Positions 33,959 to 37,876 of a stretch of DNA of 37,876 nucleotides are shown in pieces; the stretch's first letter is position 1; each line of letters starts with the position of its first letter. The position numbers were made by a program, and so were the translations under genes. The DNA is from a virus. Its lineage: Duplodnaviria; Caudoviricetes. The notes under the pieces were generated by a model, which saw only the letters and a list, made by a program, of their open reading frames with translations, searched no databases and was not told where the DNA came from. Location of the stretch: positions 1 to 37,876 of the IMG/VR virus record IMGVR_UViG_3300005805_000009. One strand, written 5' to 3'.

Positions 33959-36900
33959 TACGCTACTTGTTTTTTAAGTTCATCAATTTGTTTTTGTTGC
34001 TCTTTTACTGCTTCAATTAAAAGTCCAACCATATTACCATAAGATACACTCAAATTACCCTTCTCATCTTCTAATACAACTTCTGGCAATACCTCACGAA
34101 TTTCTTGTGCAATAACACCAATTTTCTTTTTGTCTTTATCTGTGTCAGTTCTAAAATAACTCACACCTCTTAATGATAATGTTTTTTCAAGTGCTTTTTC
34201 AATAGTATTAACATCTTTTTTAACTCTTGCATCAGAATAAGCAGTTACATCTCCTGTTGCTACTACATTACCATTAGGATAAATAACAAATGTAGTTTGT
34301 ACACTTGTAGTGCTATTAGCATTCCAAAATTCTGTACGCATAGGTGCGTGTGTATTTGCAACTCCATATGCATCATCCTTTACAAATCTCATACCACCAC
34401 CGAACTTTGTATAATTTGGACCTGAACCATGCCATGCGTAACCCTCAACTGCGAAACAAACATCTCCATTCGCAACACTAGCAGGAGCAGCAGCAGTACC
34501 TCTACCTTTCATACCTTTAAGGCTTGCTCCTATTGTATCTTCTGACATTCTACTCAACCCTAATAATGTTGGACTTGTCTGTCCAATTATCATAAGTAAA
34601 GGTTGAGTAACATCATAGCCATAACCTGTGATTGTTCTTGAAACACCTGTTTCTCTAATTGTTGATGTTGGGGTTGCTGCTCCTACACCTGTTAAATCAG
34701 TTTGTAAATCAAAGCCTGTATTGAAAATACCTAACCTATCATTACTACCTGCTCTCAAATATAAAGCATCATCAGTAGTTTGTATTCTAGCATAACCAGT
34801 ACCTGCATCCAAGTGCATACCATATTGGTCGCCCCTTGAAATAAATATCTTACTTGTTGCAGCAGGAGTTCCTTGATAACCATGTGCTAGTACACCACTA
34901 GAATTTATACTAACCCATCTTGTACCTGTATGATTAAAGAAACCTATATTTCTACCTACCATTCTAAATTCTTCTTCTGTACCTGCACCATTACCATTCT
35001 GTCTAACATATAATGCACCAACAGAATCAGCAAATGTCATATTATCATTCCTTCTGTATATGATAAAAGAACCTCTTGGTTCAAATCTTGCAATAGATAC
35101 AGGATTTTGTACATCATCATTAGCAACCATAAATTCTATGAATGCACCATGTTGATTTGCAGTACCTGTACTACCTATACCTGAATGTATAATTGCTCTA
35201 CTTCTATAACCATCAGTATTATTTGAACGGAAAAAGTTTATTACACCAATAGTTTCATTAGTATTTAGATTGCCACCAAGTGAAATCATTGCAGGTCTAG
35301 ATGCATTACCCATACTAAATTGGGTTTCAGCAGTTCCACCACCAAACAAATTTACAGCATCACTATCTAGATAATCGGTAGGACCAAATACTGCTTGTAT
35401 TTTTGATGTATATGTAGCATCTGTATCATCATTTCTAACTCTAAATTTAGCATTATTAGATGTAGCAACACCTACTGCAAATTTACCTGCATTAACATAA
35501 GATATACCACCATTATCAGCATCTAATCTGATAACTAAATTTCCATCGTTATACAACCACAAATTACCAATATCGCTTGTTCCTGTTGTCGTATCACCAA
35601 TTGCTGCATTGACATAGTTTAATCCTCTTAATGAAATTTTAGGACTATCAACACCTGTACCATAAAAAGTGAAATTAGTGCCATCTACTTCAAATTTAGT
35701 ACCAACACCTGCTTGATATAAACGGAAACTACTTCCATTAGGATAATCAATTCTAGGATTAGAACCTAATAATTGAAAATCACCATAGGCTTGTAAATTA
35801 CTTTGGAATGTACCATAGTTACTACCACCATCTAATGTCAGTATAGTTGTATTATAACTTTTGAATACATGACTACCTGTTAGACCATTTGCATTTCTAA
35901 CAACATATTCTATACCTGCTGCTGATGTTACTTTATTAAGCCATACATCACCATCAAATAAACTACTGCCGTTTACCTGTAATTGCTGACCATTATCAAT
36001 CTCACTTGTTTTACCAATAAAAACACGACCTTTTGCACTTACCTGCATAATAGTTATATCATCATTACCCAATCTAAAAATATTAGTATTGTGAGAATTA
36101 ACATCTCCAATACTTATTCTTGGGAATGATATATCAACTAATGAAGTTATTTGCCATGTATTTGCACCTGCGTTTGCATAATCTTGTATATTTAAAGCAG
36201 GTACTGCTGATGGACTTCCCGGAACTGCTGATGTACCATGTCTTATTATCCAAATATTGTAATCTGTATTGTTAGATGCAACAGATTGACCAACTTGTAA
36301 TTGCTGACCATTCCATGTAAAAGCACTAACACCATCAATAGCATTTGCACCTGTGAAATATGCAACTTGACCTGCTACACCATTACCTGTTCCTGTAATT
36401 GGATTAGTCAATAAAGGTTGATAACTTGTTGTATCAATAGTTATCATACCATTAGAGCCGTATGTTTTTACAAAACCATTGGCACTATACCCATTAAACT
36501 GAACATCCTTTGCTGAATACAAAGTTAGTGCAGTACCTAGCACACCATTTTGTGCAGTACTAAATTCTAATTTTGCATCTTGTGTTGATGCAGTTGATGT
36601 CCAACTTGTTTCGGGAGTACCTTGTATTCTTGCTCCAACAATAGGAGTTCCAACATTTGTACCTGTTCCATCATATCCTAGTGTAAAGTTCATACCTACA
36701 CCATATCCAACACCTAATGCGTTTTCTAAATTCAATGCAGTTACATGGGTATTATCATTTTGCTTTAACCATAAACCATATTGATTGTATCTTAACCATC
36801 TATTGTTAGAACCTTCTGCAATAATTAACCAATTCTGTACACCTGTAAATGCTCCATTTGTAAATGTGCCTCTTATCAAAAGAGATGACAACACATCATT

Positions 36901-37876
36901 ATTTGCACCTGCAATTAATGTTGGATTCAAATTCATACCAACTGCAATACCAGAACCTGCGGTATTTGATGGTGCTATATATAATTCACCATTAGGACTG
37001 AATGTAAATGCAGTACTACCTGTTACACTACTTGTACCATTCCAATATGTAACTTGACCATTCGTACCAGAGCCTGTGATACCTGCCGTTATTGTCCAAC
37101 TTCTATTAGCACTTAAATCGTAGGTTGTTCCGTTTATAGTTAATGTCCTACTCGTAGGTACATACCCACTTAAATCAGGAGAATAGTTTGGTATATTTAA
37201 TGCTCCTGTGGTGCTATTATAAGTCGCTGCACCGCTTGTTCCTGTTGTAGTCAAGGTAATGCTTGACCTAGCACGAGCATTAGTAAAGTAAAGGTTTGAC
37301 GACCCTTCTGTTACTTGGTCTGTGTTATAATCTCCAGTAACAGCGACAACTGCTCCTGTTCTACCGAATACAGAAGTAACCGCATCAGTATTTATATCAG
37401 TCCATGTAGCCGTAATTGTACCGCCATCTTGTTGCGTTAATGTCAATGTCTTTGTCGTAGTACCTGTTACTGCCGCACTATTTATTTTGTCATTATAAGC
37501 CGCATCCCAATTTGTTTGACTTGCCGTAGTTGGTATAGCATATCCTGTTGTTGTAGATAGCACACCTGTTGAACTATTATAATCTAAACCTGTAACAGAT
37601 TCACTAATTGCTGCTCTTGACCTAGCATCTGTATAGTATAAATTTAAACCTTCTGCTATATTAGATGTAGTTCCTGTTACTTTTGTCCATAAACCTGTTG
37701 CAGATTTGTATTGTAAAATATCATTATCACTAGGATTTTGAGCAGATACATCGTGTATCTCATCCATTTCATATCCGTTCTGTATCTTAACTTCTATTAC
37801 CCCTTGCGTTGGATGTGAACGTACTACAATACCTACATAAACTAAATGAATAGGAGCATATGGTTTTGTACTTGTA
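33958..37876 (-). CDS. 3' part of the long tail fibre with C-terminal intramolecular chaperone (peptidase S74)
   Basis: GDVTAY-SDARVKKDV..I..AL...L.LRGV, IGVIAQE, V.YGNMVGLLIEAVKE coiled coil; frame stays open to the window end. Confidence 0.92.
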   Translation of the reverse strand, partial: TSTKPYAPIHLVYVGIVVRSHPTQGVIEVKIQNGYEMDEIHDVSAQNPSDNDILQYKSATGLWTKVTGTTSNIAEGLNLYYTDARSRAAISESVTGLDYNSSTGVLSTTTGYAIPTTASQTNWDAAYNDKINSAAVTGTTTKTLTLTQQDGGTITATWTDINTDAVTSVFGRTGAVVAVTGDYNTDQVTEGSSNLYFTNARARSSITLTTTGTSGAATYNSTTGALNIPNYSPDLSGYVPTSRTLTINGTTYDLSANRSWTITAGITGSGTNGQVTYWNGTSSVTGSTAFTFSPNGELYIAPSNTAGSGIAVGMNLNPTLIAGANNDVLSSLLIRGTFTNGAFTGVQNWLIIAEGSNNRWLRYNQYGLWLKQNDNTHVTALNLENALGVGYGVGMNFTLGYDGTGTNVGTPIVGARIQGTPETSWTSTASTQDAKLEFSTAQNGVLGTALTLYSAKDVQFNGYSANGFVKTYGSNGMITIDTTSYQPLLTNPITGTGNGVAGQVAYFTGANAIDGVSAFTWNGQQLQVGQSVASNNTDYNIWIIRHGTSAVPGSPSAVPALNIQDYANAGANTWQITSLVDISFPRISIGDVNSHNTNIFRLGNDDITIMQVSAKGRVFIGKTSEIDNGQQLQVNGSSLFDGDVWLNKVTSAAGIEYVVRNANGLTGSHVFKSYNTTILTLDGGSNYGTFQSNLQAYGDFQLLGSNPRIDYPNGSSFRLYQAGVGTKFEVDGTNFTFYGTGVDSPKISLRGLNYVNAAIGDTTTGTSDIGNLWLYNDGNLVIRLDADNGGISYVNAGKFAVGVATSNNAKFRVRNDDTDATYTSKIQAVFGPTDYLDSDAVNLFGGGTAETQFSMGNASRPAMISLGGNLNTNETIGVINFFRSNNTDGYRSRAIIHSGIGSTGTANQHGAFIEFMVANDDVQNPVSIARFEPRGSFIIYRRNDNMTFADSVGALYVRQNGNGAGTEEEFRMVGRNIGFFNHTGTRWVSINSSGVLAHGYQGTPAATSKIFISRGDQYGMHLDAGTGYARIQTTDDALYLRAGSNDRLGIFNTGFDLQTDLTGVGAATPTSTIRETGVSRTITGYGYDVTQPLLMIIGQTSPTLLGLSRMSEDTIGASLKGMKGRGTAAAPASVANGDVCFAVEGYAWHGSGPNYTKFGGGMRFVKDDAYGVANTHAPMRTEFWNANSTTSVQTTFVIYPNGNVVATGDVTAYSDARVKKDVNTIEKALEKTLSLRGVSYFRTDTDKDKKKIGVIAQEIREVLPEVVLEDEKGNLSVSYGNMVGLLIEAVKEQQKQIDELKKQVA
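37778..37876. repeat. Terminal overlap copy 2
   Basis: Identical to 1-99. Confidence 0.97.

Noticed and set aside
592-37057. All plus-strand ORFs in the track
   Set aside because: They are antisense shadows of well-supported minus-strand genes and have no recognisable motifs.
33032-37767. Diversity-generating retroelement or invertible fibre cassette
   Set aside because: No reverse transcriptase or invertase is present, and the fibre repeats differ at synonymous sites rather than specifically at adenines.
37778-37876. 99-bp terminal repeat as a biological direct terminal repeat
   Set aside because: It falls mid-gene, matches a common assembler k-mer length, and the terminase type suggests headful packaging; treated as a circularisation overlap.
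1-37876. Stop-codon reassignment
   Set aside because: Standard-code ORFs tile the genome densely, and TAA, TAG and TGA are all used as stops.

Overview
This window appears to be a complete, circular (or circularly permuted) AT-rich tailed-phage genome with a unit length of 37,777 bp; bases 1-99 are repeated at 37778-37876. The host is probably a Bacteroidota bacterium, judging by TAnnTTTG-type promoters, A-rich gene starts without Shine-Dalgarno motifs and a DUF2061/CysC pair. All credible genes lie on the minus strand. Reading from a promoter near 21030, the order is: a ~500-nt structured non-coding leader ending in a tRNA-like element; early and recombination genes (DUF932, ERF, YqaJ exonuclease); replication genes (DUF4373 initiator, DnaB); a sigma-like regulator; a tightly coupled seven-gene cluster; terminase; a frameshifting tail chaperone; tail proteins; a ~1717-aa tail fibre that crosses the window ends; tape measure; head genes; portal; lysis cassette; and a metallophosphoesterase. 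The highlight is the seven-gene cluster (7638-11414): ParB-N protein, TET-associated glycosyltransferase, PAPS sulfotransferase, TET/JBP dioxygenase, DUF2061, APS kinase and an HxGH nucleotidyltransferase, directly abutting the terminase genes. It looks like a self-contained pathway for oxidising, glycosylating and then sulfating a DNA base, in a genome with no recognisable cytosine methyltransferase. All protein calls come from motif recognition by eye; no searches were run.
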